DNA of 64,000 nt from Fidelibacterota bacterium (GTDB lineage: Bacteria > Fidelibacterota > Fidelibacteria > Fidelibacterales > DSDE01). This document shows, one piece after another, positions 10,654 to 20,382 of the stretch. Numbering within the stretch: the first letter of the stretch is position 1; each line of letters begins with the position of its first letter. The notes under the pieces were generated by a model that had not been told where the DNA came from, searched no databases, and was given only the letters and a program-made list of their open reading frames with translations. The stretch covers positions 1 through 64,000 of the forward strand of contig JBJKQR010000084.1 of the NCBI GenBank assembly GCA_046735395.1, read 5' to 3'. The position numbers and the translations under genes are program-made.

Positions 10654-11649
10654 TCAATTCAAATAAATGTTATTATCCACACCACATTCGCATCCCTGTC
10701 CTTCAACTGCGATTGCGGCATAGCCCGTCCTTCTGATTAGTACTCTGTTACAGTTTCTGCAGCGGGTATCGTTATCGATGCCGGCAACATTCCCTAGATA
10801 AACATACGGTAATCCGGCCTCATTTGCAAGCACCCGTGCGTTAATAAGTGTCTGAGGTCGCGTGGCCTGTCTATCCATCATATCCCCGGCGGGATGAAAG
10901 GCCGAGAGATGCAAGGGAACAAGGGGTGACAGGTTTGAGGCGATCCATTCAAATTCCCGTTTAAGCAGGTCGTCATCCGTATTCAATCCATCAATAAGCA
11001 GAGTGGTGATTTCCACATGAATATCTCTCTCAACCAGGAAGCGCAGCGTATCCAGAACTGCTTCGAGCCGCCCTCCCGTCTCATGCCGGTAAAAGTTCGG
11101 ATCAAAGGATTTGAGATCAATATTAGCCGCGTCAATATTTTCAAAAAGCGTTTCTCTAACTGCAGGCGATACATATCCGTTACTAACGACGACCGTGCGT
11201 ATTTGTTCCTGCCTGGCGATGCGGGCGATATCCCTCACATATTCGGCAAATATCACCGGTTCATTATAGGTGAAGGCCACAGACGGACAGGCATGCTGTT
11301 TTGTCATTTGTATTATGCTTTCGGGAGAATGGTCCGGCAATGAATCCGAATCACTGCCGCGGGAAAGATGCCAGTTCTGGCAGAAACTGCAGGACAGGTT
11401 ACATCCGTAGGTTCCGAGGGAAAAGATGTCCGTTCCGGGAAGGAAGTGGTACAGCGGTTTTTTTTCGATGGGGTCCACGGCAAGCGCCGCCGGCCGGCCG
11501 TAATTGAGGGAATACAATTTTTCGCCATTCCTCACACGGACACCGCAGACACCGGCGCTGCCATCATTCAGCCGGCAGGTCCAGGGACACAGTGTGCAGA
11601 CAATTCTGTCGCTGTCACTGTTGTATTCCCAGTAGTCCGCAACTTTCAT
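10654..11649 (-). CDS. amrS: AmmeMemoRadiSam system radical SAM enzyme
   Basis: N-terminal C..CP..C, G.CGVR, DPIEKKPLYHF, GCNLSCSFCQNW, FTYNEP, ANIDLKSF, LHLSAFHP. Start is either 11649 or 11697. Confidence 0.93.
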   Translation of the reverse strand: MKVADYWEYNSDSDRIVCTLCPWTCRLNDGSAGVCGVRVRNGEKLYSLNYGRPAALAVDPIEKKPLYHFLPGTDIFSLGTYGCNLSCSFCQNWHLSRGSDSDSLPDHSPESIIQMTKQHACPSVAFTYNEPVIFAEYVRDIARIARQEQIRTVVVSNGYVSPAVRETLFENIDAANIDLKSFDPNFYRHETGGRLEAVLDTLRFLVERDIHVEITTLLIDGLNTDDDLLKREFEWIASNLSPLVPLHLSAFHPAGDMMDRQATRPQTLINARVLANEAGLPYVYLGNVAGIDNDTRCRNCNRVLIRRTGYAAIAVEGQGCECGVDNNIYLN

Positions 11650-11662
11650 ATTTTTATCGTAT

Positions 11663-12379
11663 TCACTCAAATAATTTATCAAGACGGCTGCCCACATTTA
11701 CGGCCTTGACCGTGTCGGGAAAGGAAAAATTAAGGTAGAGCCGGTCAGGGCTGTCATATTCAAGAAGCAGGCTGAGCGTCGCATTGCCGGCTTTCCAGTT
11801 GATGCGCTTCAGGGGCAGGGCATTGCCGCGCCGCAGGGCGGGATTGAAATCACGCAGTTCCACCGACCGTGAGTGCCCGAAGCGGGGTTCCAGCCAGTGC
11901 CGAACACTTGAAAACAGCGAATCAGCGGACAGCTGTCCCTTCATACCTGACAATATGATGCGAACGGACATGGCAGTAAGATGTCCGTCCCGGAACACCG
12001 GCGTAAAAAGCAGGGAATCGCTTCCCTGTGTTTTCAGCCAGGTACTTTCGGTTATCTGTACCAGATCTCCGGACGATAGCGTCCCGATCGTTTCGTCCTC
12101 CCCGGCCAGCCAGGCACAGCCGAAAATTTCAGTCTGCAGCGAGAGAGAATCCATCGCCAGGGACAGCGGAAAGGCACGGGCAGCAGGCGTAACCTGTATT
12201 TCGCTGCGCGGTGTCACAGCCGGAACGGAAACCGGACTCTGCACAGAAGCCGTACTGTCCTCCTCGGGCAATTCAGGAAGCGCCAGAAGCTCCAGATCAA
12301 CACGCGACTTGATCTCCTCCGGCGTCTGTGCCCATAGCAGAAAGGGAAGCAACAGAAGAATTATGCTCATTTTCTTCAT
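11663..12379 (-). CDS. Hypothetical exported protein
   Basis: Sec-type signal peptide MKKMSIILLLLPFLLWA; ATGA-coupled to the upstream gene. Confidence 0.7.
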   Translation of the reverse strand: MKKMSIILLLLPFLLWAQTPEEIKSRVDLELLALPELPEEDSTASVQSPVSVPAVTPRSEIQVTPAARAFPLSLAMDSLSLQTEIFGCAWLAGEDETIGTLSSGDLVQITESTWLKTQGSDSLLFTPVFRDGHLTAMSVRIILSGMKGQLSADSLFSSVRHWLEPRFGHSRSVELRDFNPALRRGNALPLKRINWKAGNATLSLLLEYDSPDRLYLNFSFPDTVKAVNVGSRLDKLFE

Positions 12380-12723
12380 TTTTCGAATAAATTCCCCAGC
12401 AAAGAGTTCAGGATTGATAGAGTCAGCGCACCCCAGAAAGCGACGGCAAATGACGAAATGGCAAAACCATCGATCAGGGAGGCCGTGAAATACAGGATCA
12501 GAGCATTGATGACCAGCAGAAACAGCCCCAGGCTCAGTATGGTTACAGGAATGGTGATCAGAACGAGGAACGGCTTGACGAACTGATTGAAAACAGCCAG
12601 CAGCACCGCGACTGACAGCAGCGTGAGGTACCCGTCAATATGTATCCCGTTAAAAAGCCTGTCCGTGATGAGCAGAGCGAGAAAATTCAGAATAATCCGG
12701 GCAGCAAACTGTTGTTTTTTCAT
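12376..12723 (-). CDS. YvlD-like four-TM membrane protein (so-called phage holin 4_2 family)
   Basis: N.FVKP.L..ITIP..ILSLGLFLLVINA motif, four hydrophobic segments. Confidence 0.88.
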   Translation of the reverse strand: MKKQQFAARIILNFLALLITDRLFNGIHIDGYLTLLSVAVLLAVFNQFVKPFLVLITIPVTILSLGLFLLVINALILYFTASLIDGFAISSFAVAFWGALTLSILNSLLGNLFEK

Positions 12724-14246
12724 TTTCTCTTTCTGAATTTATCGATGATGTCGTCGATCTGAGACCCGGTAAGTCCCGAGTTTCCAAATGTTTCCACATT
12801 TTTTTTGGACGGTGCCGGCTCCTGGTCAAAGCGGCTGTAGTTTCCCTTGATCCCGCTTCCTTCATCCAGATAAGCCTTCTTTCCGGCAGTCGGATTAGCG
12901 GGAACCGTTTCCCAGGCGATACGCTTGATATCGACGAGATGAGCCGGTCCCACATTGTCGGAGATACTGTTATTTCCCCTGGCGCCGCAGCCCAGAGTCA
13001 GGCTGGGCAGCAGTCCGGTGGTATTCCCCACGGCGCCGTGCACGGCAGGACTGTTCACCACCACTCTCGAAGTCAGGCATTTCAGGCCATATTCCAGAGC
13101 GAGATTGGTATCCGATGTATGAATGGCCGCCGTATGGCCCATTCCTCCGAAACGTGTCACTTCCAACGCCCGCTGTATGGCCGTATGACTGTTGTCCACC
13201 GCGATGAGAGCCAGTACGGGCGATAATTTTTCCATGGTGAGCGGCTCACTGGCGCCGATGGCCGATACGTCCGCCACCAGAATTCTCGTACCCCGCGGCA
13301 CGTCAAACCCCGCCATGGCGGCAATGGCTTCGGCGGATTTTCCCACAATCTTCGTATTGAGATGTCCCTGTATGGTCATGGTGGCCTGCAGCTGTTCTTT
13401 TTCCTTTTTATCCACGATGTAGGCACGGTTTTCCTCGAGGCCTTTCCGAACCCGGTCATAGATTTTCTTATCGCAGATCAGTGTCTGCTCAGAACTGCAG
13501 ATCAATCCGTTATCAAAGGATTTTCCGGTAACGACGTCCCGGACAGCCTTCTCAATGTCGGCGCTCTGTTCAATATAGACCGGCGTATTCCCGGCGCCGA
13601 CACCAAGGGCAGGGTTTCCCGAAGAATAGGCAGCTTTTACGATGCCCGGCCCGCCTGTGGCCAGAATGACGGCGATGCGCGGATCCTTTATCAATGTTGT
13701 CGCGCCCTCGATACTGGGGGTCTTGATGCAGGAAATGAGACCCTCGGGCGCTCCCGCTTCCTCTGCGGCCTGCCGGAGCAGATCAAAAGTATGGCGGGTA
13801 CAGGCTGCTGCAGAGGGATGAGGTGAGCCGATCACCGCATTCCCGCTCTTGAGAGAAATGAGGGTCTTGTAAATGGCCGTGGACGTCGGATTTGTGGTGG
13901 GAATGATGGCGGCCACGATTCCCTTGGGCTCACCTACTTCTATCACTTTCCGCCGTTTATCCTCATTGAGAATTCCCAGTGTCTTCATATCCTTGATGGC
14001 AGTCCAGAGATCACGGGAGGCAAACTGATTCTTGGTAATCTTGTCCTCATATTTGCCCATGCCCGTTTCCTCGACGGCCATTTTTGCCAGATTCACTGCT
14101 TCTCTGTAAGCCGTATCCGCGACTTTTTTACAGATCTCATTTATTTTTTCAGGTGAAAAGCGTCGGAATTCCTCAAAAGCGGCGAGCGCATCGGGAATAA
14201 GCGAACGGACTTCCTGTATTGATACCAAGTCTTTATCCATGTTCAT
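12720..14246 (-). CDS. CoA-acylating aldehyde dehydrogenase (EutE/AdhE-N type)
   Basis: DKDLVSIQEVR start, PTTNPTST, ILATGG, GVGAGN, catalytic DNGLICSSEQ, EKLSPVL, SLTLGCG; about 60-aa C-terminal extension. Confidence 0.92.
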   Translation of the reverse strand: MNMDKDLVSIQEVRSLIPDALAAFEEFRRFSPEKINEICKKVADTAYREAVNLAKMAVEETGMGKYEDKITKNQFASRDLWTAIKDMKTLGILNEDKRRKVIEVGEPKGIVAAIIPTTNPTSTAIYKTLISLKSGNAVIGSPHPSAAACTRHTFDLLRQAAEEAGAPEGLISCIKTPSIEGATTLIKDPRIAVILATGGPGIVKAAYSSGNPALGVGAGNTPVYIEQSADIEKAVRDVVTGKSFDNGLICSSEQTLICDKKIYDRVRKGLEENRAYIVDKKEKEQLQATMTIQGHLNTKIVGKSAEAIAAMAGFDVPRGTRILVADVSAIGASEPLTMEKLSPVLALIAVDNSHTAIQRALEVTRFGGMGHTAAIHTSDTNLALEYGLKCLTSRVVVNSPAVHGAVGNTTGLLPSLTLGCGARGNNSISDNVGPAHLVDIKRIAWETVPANPTAGKKAYLDEGSGIKGNYSRFDQEPAPSKKNVETFGNSGLTGSQIDDIIDKFRKRK

Positions 14247-14266
14247 GAAAAGAGTTCCCTACTTTG

Positions 14267-15493
14267 TTAATCCTCGTTTGTCTGATTATAACGACTATCC
14301 AATTCTTTGTCAAGCTCTACCTGATGCGGGGCCACCACTTTATCGAGTTTCCCGGCAATCGCATCCAGAAGAGAGTCCAGTACCTGCCATCCCTTAAAAT
14401 TACATCGAAGTCGAGTTTCTTCAAAATGAAAATATTGTTCCGGAAGCTCCCGGTCAATATTTTCGATCAGCGTCCTGACAAGGGTCCAGGACAGGGCTGA
14501 AAAATTTTCCCGGCGAATCCCCTCATCCGACCGCAGCCCGACCATCATTTTTTCCAGAAGAATCTCCCGGCTGTCCAGAATTTCCCGGCCGGGCCATTCC
14601 GGATCACCCGCTTCCATACGACTCAGATAGGCAGGAATGGAATCCTCATGCCAATGATGTATCCGGCCGGACTTCCCGTGGGCCCCGGCACCAATGCCGA
14701 TATAATCCCCGAAACTCCAGTAGTGCAGATTATGCCTGCACTCAAACCCGGGTCTGGCAAAATTGGAAATTTCATAATGACGAAATTTCCGTGTATCCAT
14801 CCATTCACAGAGTGCATTGAACTGGTCCAGCTGATCCGATTCGGGGAGCTCATGCAGCATTCCCTCCCGCAGGTGGCGGTCGTAGAGAGTTCCGGGCTCA
14901 CGGGTCAGGCTGTAGGCCGAAATGTGCGGCGGATCGAATTCGGCCAGACGGTTCAGCGTCCGCAGCAGGCTGTCCGCACTCTGCCCGGGAACATTCCAGA
15001 TAATATCGGCAGACCAGTTGGGCCGCGATAATTGAGAAACGTATTTCATGGCTTTCAGCGCCCTGTGGCTGTCATGAATGCGCCCCAGTGTTTTCAGTTC
15101 CTCATCCTGCAGGGACTGAATCCCGAAACTGAAACGGGTAATTCCGGCACTCTCCAGTTCAGAAAGCATGGCCGGACTGCTGACAAATTCCGGATTCATC
15201 TCCATGGATATTTCCGGATTATCCTCACAGGGATAGAGTGCATGTATCTGCTCCAGCCACTGATGAATCTGTTCCGGCGAATAGAGATTCGGCGTCCCTC
15301 CGCCGATGTAGACAGACCCCAGTTTCCCGGTACCGGGATGAATCTGCCGGGCCCGCATCTGCAATTCCTTCATGACAGCGTCGTGATAGATCTCGGACTG
15401 CGCACTGAACTGCAGGGTCGAAAAAAAATCACAGTAATCGCAGCGCTTCTCACAGAATGGAACGTGGATATAAATGGAAAATGTTTCGTTCAT
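14267..15493 (-). CDS. hemW: Radical SAM heme chaperone HemW (HemN-like)
   Basis: IYIHVPFCEKRCDYCDF, GGGTP, HYEISNFA, HNLHYW, YIGIGAGAHG. Confidence 0.92.
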   Translation of the reverse strand: MNETFSIYIHVPFCEKRCDYCDFFSTLQFSAQSEIYHDAVMKELQMRARQIHPGTGKLGSVYIGGGTPNLYSPEQIHQWLEQIHALYPCEDNPEISMEMNPEFVSSPAMLSELESAGITRFSFGIQSLQDEELKTLGRIHDSHRALKAMKYVSQLSRPNWSADIIWNVPGQSADSLLRTLNRLAEFDPPHISAYSLTREPGTLYDRHLREGMLHELPESDQLDQFNALCEWMDTRKFRHYEISNFARPGFECRHNLHYWSFGDYIGIGAGAHGKSGRIHHWHEDSIPAYLSRMEAGDPEWPGREILDSREILLEKMMVGLRSDEGIRRENFSALSWTLVRTLIENIDRELPEQYFHFEETRLRCNFKGWQVLDSLLDAIAGKLDKVVAPHQVELDKELDSRYNQTNED

Positions 15494-15530
15494 AGAGTGA
15501 CGGATGCGGGGCCAGAGTCCTTCTGCGTGT

Positions 15531-16460
15531 TCAGCTTACGATATGAAAAATTCTGTCCCAGCGGATCTTCTTGTAAAAACGTGACCAGGGCTGAGTCTTG
15601 TCCCAGGAAAAATACATGATCAGGGGCGTTCCCGAGATATATTTATAGGGAACGAGGCCCCAGTAGCGGCTGTCGTAACTGTTATCCCGGTTATCGCCCA
15701 TCATGAAATAGAAATCCTGCTGAACGACGTATTTCGATACAGGACTGCCATCCACGTAAAAGGTATTGAAACGATAGGTCACGGTATGGCCGTCCATGGA
15801 CATGATATTGTAAATATAATCGGGCAGACAGTCGTAAACCGACAGCGTGTCGCCTTTCCGCGGAATGTAGATGCGGTGATACTGGTCCCTGTTTCCATTG
15901 CTGCGGGGAAAGATGTTCGCTTCCTGGTAGGATTTATCGTAAATGTGATCATAATTGATGATCGAAGTTTCCGGATCGGGAAAGCGGACACCATTGACAT
16001 AGGGAGCCTTGTCCACCACTTCCACCGAATCGCCGGGCGTGGCAATGCAGCGCTTCACGTAATTGGTCCAGGGATCGTGGGGAAACTGAAAGATCACCAC
16101 GTCTCCGGTGGCCGGTTTCCGGAATGCGGGCAGACGCAGATAGGGAATATTGAATCCGATGCGTGTAAAGGGAATGCCCACCCAGTCCGGTGTCCTTGCG
16201 CCGTAGATGAATTTATTGCCGAGCAGAAAGTCCCCCACATGAATGGTCGTTTCCATGGACCCGGTCGGGATCTGATAGGCTTCGATAATGCCGGCCCGGA
16301 TGAAAAAGACCGCAATAATGACATAGGTCCAGCTCTTAATTTCGTAGATCACCTTGTCGTGCATGGTCTTGGGCTGAACCTTCTGCTTTTTCCGGAATAC
16401 TTTTCTCCACCAGGGAGCTGACATTTCCGGCCTGTCGGGGTTCTGTGTCGTGTTGTCCAT
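15531..16460 (-). CDS. lepB: Signal peptidase I
   Basis: IPTGSM (catalytic Ser), YVKRC (catalytic Lys), GDNRDNSYDSRYWG. Confidence 0.96.
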   Translation of the reverse strand: MDNTTQNPDRPEMSAPWWRKVFRKKQKVQPKTMHDKVIYEIKSWTYVIIAVFFIRAGIIEAYQIPTGSMETTIHVGDFLLGNKFIYGARTPDWVGIPFTRIGFNIPYLRLPAFRKPATGDVVIFQFPHDPWTNYVKRCIATPGDSVEVVDKAPYVNGVRFPDPETSIINYDHIYDKSYQEANIFPRSNGNRDQYHRIYIPRKGDTLSVYDCLPDYIYNIMSMDGHTVTYRFNTFYVDGSPVSKYVVQQDFYFMMGDNRDNSYDSRYWGLVPYKYISGTPLIMYFSWDKTQPWSRFYKKIRWDRIFHIVS

Positions 16461-16468
16461 AGATTTCC

Positions 16469-17446
16469 TTACTGTTCTAAAATGTTCTCGTAATGCCGGA
16501 TGCGTGGCTCAAACCAGTCCCGGCATTCAACAATGACGGCATCAAGGCGCATTTCGTATTCCTCGATCTCCTTCGTCTCAAAATAACGTTCGGCAAGAGA
16601 ACAAAGCCTGTTGATTTTGGGTTCATCTATCCACTCCGCCGCATCCAATGGATTATTGGATCCGCGGGTTTTAACTTCCACAAAGACAAATAGTTCCTCT
16701 TTTTTAAAAATCGCGTCGATTTCACCGAGATGCCCCAGCGTGACATGGCGGTCCACAAAAGTATAGCCCTTACGAATCAGGTGATAAATCGCCCAGTTTT
16801 CACCCCAGCGCCCGAGTGTTTTCGGATCAGGATGTTCGGGAAACGCAAAATCCCTCACGGGCCCGAAATCACGCCGGTGAATGGGCAGAGGCAGATAGTT
16901 GTCAAGCGCTTGCAGATGCGCGGCCGTCCCATAGCCCTTATGCTTTTCCAGTCCGTATCCGGGGTAGATCTCCGCCCAGCGCTGCATGAGCCGGTCGCGG
17001 CTGACTTTTGCCAGGATGGATGCGGCCGCAATGGCAAAGGATTTCCGGTCACCACCGGTCACGAGCACGGCGGAAGGGAGACGCGGCGGGCGGCGATTGC
17101 CGTCAATCAGTACGGTATCCGGTTTCGGATCAAGCGACTCCACAGCCCGGGCCATGGCTTCCAGAGCTGCATTCAGGATGTTCAGGTCGTGGATCCGCGA
17201 GACACCGAGAGACTTTACGGACCAGCTGAGGGCATGCTGCATTATCCATTCGTACGCTTCCTCCCGCTGAGTTTCGGATAATTTTTTTGAATCGCGGACC
17301 AGATGAAAGGGTTCCGTTTCCGGAGGAAATACCACGGCCGCGGCAGTCACCGGACCGGCCAGAGGCCCCCGGCCGGCTTCATCGGAGCCGGCAATGAGCG
17401 TAACCGGAGTTTCCCGGTACTGTCTGTCAAAATCGAGAAGCGTCAT
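16469..17446 (-). CDS. rnhB: Ribonuclease HII fused to a C-terminal YraN (UPF0102) domain
   Basis: DEAGRGPLAGPV, DSKKL, IAAASILAKV.RD, HKGYGT; then G.WGE..A...L..KGY, GEIDAI, FVEVKTR, RLDAV. Confidence 0.93.
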   Translation of the reverse strand: MTLLDFDRQYRETPVTLIAGSDEAGRGPLAGPVTAAAVVFPPETEPFHLVRDSKKLSETQREEAYEWIMQHALSWSVKSLGVSRIHDLNILNAALEAMARAVESLDPKPDTVLIDGNRRPPRLPSAVLVTGGDRKSFAIAAASILAKVSRDRLMQRWAEIYPGYGLEKHKGYGTAAHLQALDNYLPLPIHRRDFGPVRDFAFPEHPDPKTLGRWGENWAIYHLIRKGYTFVDRHVTLGHLGEIDAIFKKEELFVFVEVKTRGSNNPLDAAEWIDEPKINRLCSLAERYFETKEIEEYEMRLDAVIVECRDWFEPRIRHYENILEQ

Positions 17447-18537
17447 TGTATCCGTGCAGTCAGAATCGCTGCCAGTAATTTTTCTATCATTTCATCGCTG
17501 TGCATCCGGTTCAGGGCAAATCGAAAAAATCCTTCATCAGGCCCGCCGGGATAGCGGATGTAGGAGGAGTATATTCCAGCCTCATCCAGAATCTTCAGCA
17601 ATTCGCTGCTCCGGATGGTTTCGCCCGACAGGATAATGACCGGGGTCGGGGCAGCTGTCACCGGGATCCCCTGTTCCAGAAGCCGGTTTTTAAATCGTTC
17701 CGCCTTCGCGTTCAACTCGCTGCTCCACTGCGGATGGGATCGGAGCAGGCGGAGTGATGCGGTGGCCGCAGCAGCCTGAGGCGGAGGCATGGCCGAACTG
17801 CCGCGGAATATATCGCTTTCCTTCAATTTCCGGATGAAAGCGGAAGAGCCGGCAATAAATCCGCCATAACATCCGACAGTTTTACTCAGTGAACCGGTCA
17901 TGTATACTGACAGTCCTGTCTTGCTGACGGTCTGTGACAGTCCCCGTCCCCCTTCACCGGCTATTCCCAGCGAATGGGCTTCATCCAGCACAAGGGTCGA
18001 AAAAGCTGCACCAGATTCCTTGAGATATACTTCCAGCGGAGCCAGTGATCCGTCAAGAGGCCTCATGCCCTCGGCACAGAAAGCGAGCGGATGGCCATTC
18101 TCCTGAAGCTCCTCAGCGTATCGCTTCAGGGAGCGCAGGTCGTCGGGTGCAAAATACCGTACCCGCGTATCCGACAGTTTCAGCCCGGTCCTGAGACTGG
18201 GGTGAGCCGTGCTTTCCACGAGCCAGGACTGCGTCTGCGAAGACAGGGCCTGAAAAAGCGCCAGATTGGCCAGATACCCGCTGGCAAAGAGACAGGCGGA
18301 TTCCAGACCGGTAAATTCCGCAATTTCAGCTTCGAGTTCTTCAAATCGGACGTGATTACCGGTGGTGGCCCGGCTTCCGCCCGTATTCAGTCCGTCGGCG
18401 TCCATAACCCGAATGAATTCTTTCCGGACCTCCGGGTGCCAGGACATGGCCAGATAATCATATCCGCCAAAAAAGAGCTGTTCACTGTTATTATTCAGGA
18501 CATGACAGGCATCTGTGTGCTGAAGGGGAAGGGCCAT
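17443..18537 (-). CDS. PLP-dependent alpha-oxoamine synthase family protein (BioF/Kbl-like)
   Basis: FGGYDYL, GGSR..TG, SGYLAN, DEAHSLG, GSLSK (PLP lysine). Confidence 0.85.
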   Translation of the reverse strand: MALPLQHTDACHVLNNNSEQLFFGGYDYLAMSWHPEVRKEFIRVMDADGLNTGGSRATTGNHVRFEELEAEIAEFTGLESACLFASGYLANLALFQALSSQTQSWLVESTAHPSLRTGLKLSDTRVRYFAPDDLRSLKRYAEELQENGHPLAFCAEGMRPLDGSLAPLEVYLKESGAAFSTLVLDEAHSLGIAGEGGRGLSQTVSKTGLSVYMTGSLSKTVGCYGGFIAGSSAFIRKLKESDIFRGSSAMPPPQAAAATASLRLLRSHPQWSSELNAKAERFKNRLLEQGIPVTAAPTPVIILSGETIRSSELLKILDEAGIYSSYIRYPGGPDEGFFRFALNRMHSDEMIEKLLAAILTARIQ

Positions 18538-18544
18538 CGGACCC

Positions 18545-19663
18545 TCACAAGGATTTTATGGAAGCCAGGTAGGCCGGATCGGGAACACAGCCGATGCCCG
18601 GCGTATCAGGCAGAACGACGGATCCGTCAACAAATTCGGCGCCCCCGATCAGGGGTTCATTCAAATGTCCCACATTCGCATCCAGATCGAAATAGCGGAC
18701 GATTTCAAAGGCGGAAGCAAAATGGGAAAAGGCCGTATTTCCCAGGCCGGATTCGGACATACAGCCCACCATGCAGGGAATATGGGCAGCCTGAGCAATG
18801 GCTGCAATCCGTGAAGCCTGCAGAAATCCGCCGGACTTGGACATTTTTATATTCATCATGGGAGCCGCAGACTTTGCGATGATGGCCAGCGCATCTTCCG
18901 GGCCGAAGAGTGACTCATCCGCCATGACAGGTATGGGAGACTGGTCTGATACATATTTCATACCATCCAGGTCCCCGCGCCGCACCGGCTGTTCGCAGTA
19001 TTCGATATTGAGAGATTCGAAGCGGCGGAGGGCTCGCACCGCCGTCACTCTGTCCCAGCCCTGATTGGCATCAATGCGGATACTCACATCCGGGCCGGCA
19101 ATTTCACGGATCAGGCTCAGCCTCTGAAAATCATTTTCCACATCCAGTCCGACCTTAGTCTTGATCTTCCGGAATCCACCGTCCAGTATCTTCCTTACCT
19201 TCAGCTCGGTCGCGGCCATATCGGAAATTCCCATGGTGACATCTGTCTCCATTTTCCGTTTCCGGCCACCAAAAAACATGTAGAGCGGAAGCTGGCAGAT
19301 TCGGGCATTCAGGTCGTATAATGCCATGTCAAATGCAGATTTCAGGGTAGAATTCAAGGGGAGAAAATCATGCATTTCCTGAATGAGAGACTGATACTCA
19401 AGGGCATTGCGGCCCAGCCAGAGCGGACGCAGATTCACGGCGGCGGCCAGATTGATGGTCTGTGTCTCACCCACAATGGCCCGAAAGCTCGACGCTTCGC
19501 CCCAGCCCTCCACGCCACTCTCCGTCACAATATGAATGAGCACATTCTCCGCCGTATCAATGCTCATGGTCGCTATTTTAAAGATATCCTCCAGCTGAAT
19601 ATTGAAAGGATATATGCCGATATGCTCAATCTTATGACTCGGACTACTCTTGGCTGTTTGCAT
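18545..19663 (-). CDS. Dipeptide epimerase (L-Ala-D/L-Glu epimerase, enolase superfamily)
   Basis: KIKTKVG, IDANQGW, EQP, ADES, NIKMSKSGG, GCMSES, DLD motif. Confidence 0.9.
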   Translation of the reverse strand: MQTAKSSPSHKIEHIGIYPFNIQLEDIFKIATMSIDTAENVLIHIVTESGVEGWGEASSFRAIVGETQTINLAAAVNLRPLWLGRNALEYQSLIQEMHDFLPLNSTLKSAFDMALYDLNARICQLPLYMFFGGRKRKMETDVTMGISDMAATELKVRKILDGGFRKIKTKVGLDVENDFQRLSLIREIAGPDVSIRIDANQGWDRVTAVRALRRFESLNIEYCEQPVRRGDLDGMKYVSDQSPIPVMADESLFGPEDALAIIAKSAAPMMNIKMSKSGGFLQASRIAAIAQAAHIPCMVGCMSESGLGNTAFSHFASAFEIVRYFDLDANVGHLNEPLIGGAEFVDGSVVLPDTPGIGCVPDPAYLASIKSL

Positions 19664-19898
19664 AATTCACTTACTCCGTATTGATTTCAGGCCCGAAAAT
19701 ACGCCAAATCACCGGAATTAACCACCATTAATTATAGCAGGAAGATGCGTGACTGAGTCCGGGCACGACACTTAATATTTAAGAAACGAACTATTTTCTA
19801 TTTAATTATTAAGTTTATTCTGCAGGTTTATTTTATATTTTATTTTGTTTAGCCAAATTATTAATATAAATTCCACACGATTCATAAAAGGAGATACC

Positions 19899-20378
19899 AT
19901 GGACAACATTGACCGTATTATCCTCAATCACCTTCAGCAGAACGGACGGGCCACCTACAATGAGCTGTCGGAAGATACGAAGCTGACCATTCCGGCCGTC
20001 CGGGACCGTATTGTCAAATTAAAGGACCGGGGCTTCATCAAGCATTTCACAGCCATCCTGGACGGTAAGAAACTGGACCGGGATGTGACGGCCTTCATTC
20101 ACATCTACACCTTCAGTTCGAAAAACTTCAATGATATTCTGAATGAAGTGAAACATAATGAGGAAATTCTGGAATGTTATTCCATCAGCGGAGCCGGGAC
20201 TTATATTCTGAAGATCCGGACGTTCAGCATGAGTACTCTGGAAAACCTGCTGAGAGAAATACAGAGCTGGCCCGGCGTAATGCGGACGGAAAGCAACATT
20301 GTCCTGACGACATTCAAGGAATGTGCGTTTATAAATGCGGAGAAAGTAAATCCCAAAAAGGAAAAACAGGAGGAATGA
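19899..20378 (+). CDS. Lrp/AsnC family transcriptional regulator
   Basis: [38 protein letters not shown] before ATG 19899. Confidence 0.93.
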   Translation: MDNIDRIILNHLQQNGRATYNELSEDTKLTIPAVRDRIVKLKDRGFIKHFTAILDGKKLDRDVTAFIHIYTFSSKNFNDILNEVKHNEEILECYSISGAGTYILKIRTFSMSTLENLLREIQSWPGVMRTESNIVLTTFKECAFINAEKVNPKKEKQEE

Positions 20379-20382
20379 CGAG

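Noticed and set aside
12376..12723. Holin-named family suggesting a prophage
   Set aside because: YvlD-like membrane proteins are common in non-phage contexts; no phage structural, lysin or integrase genes are present
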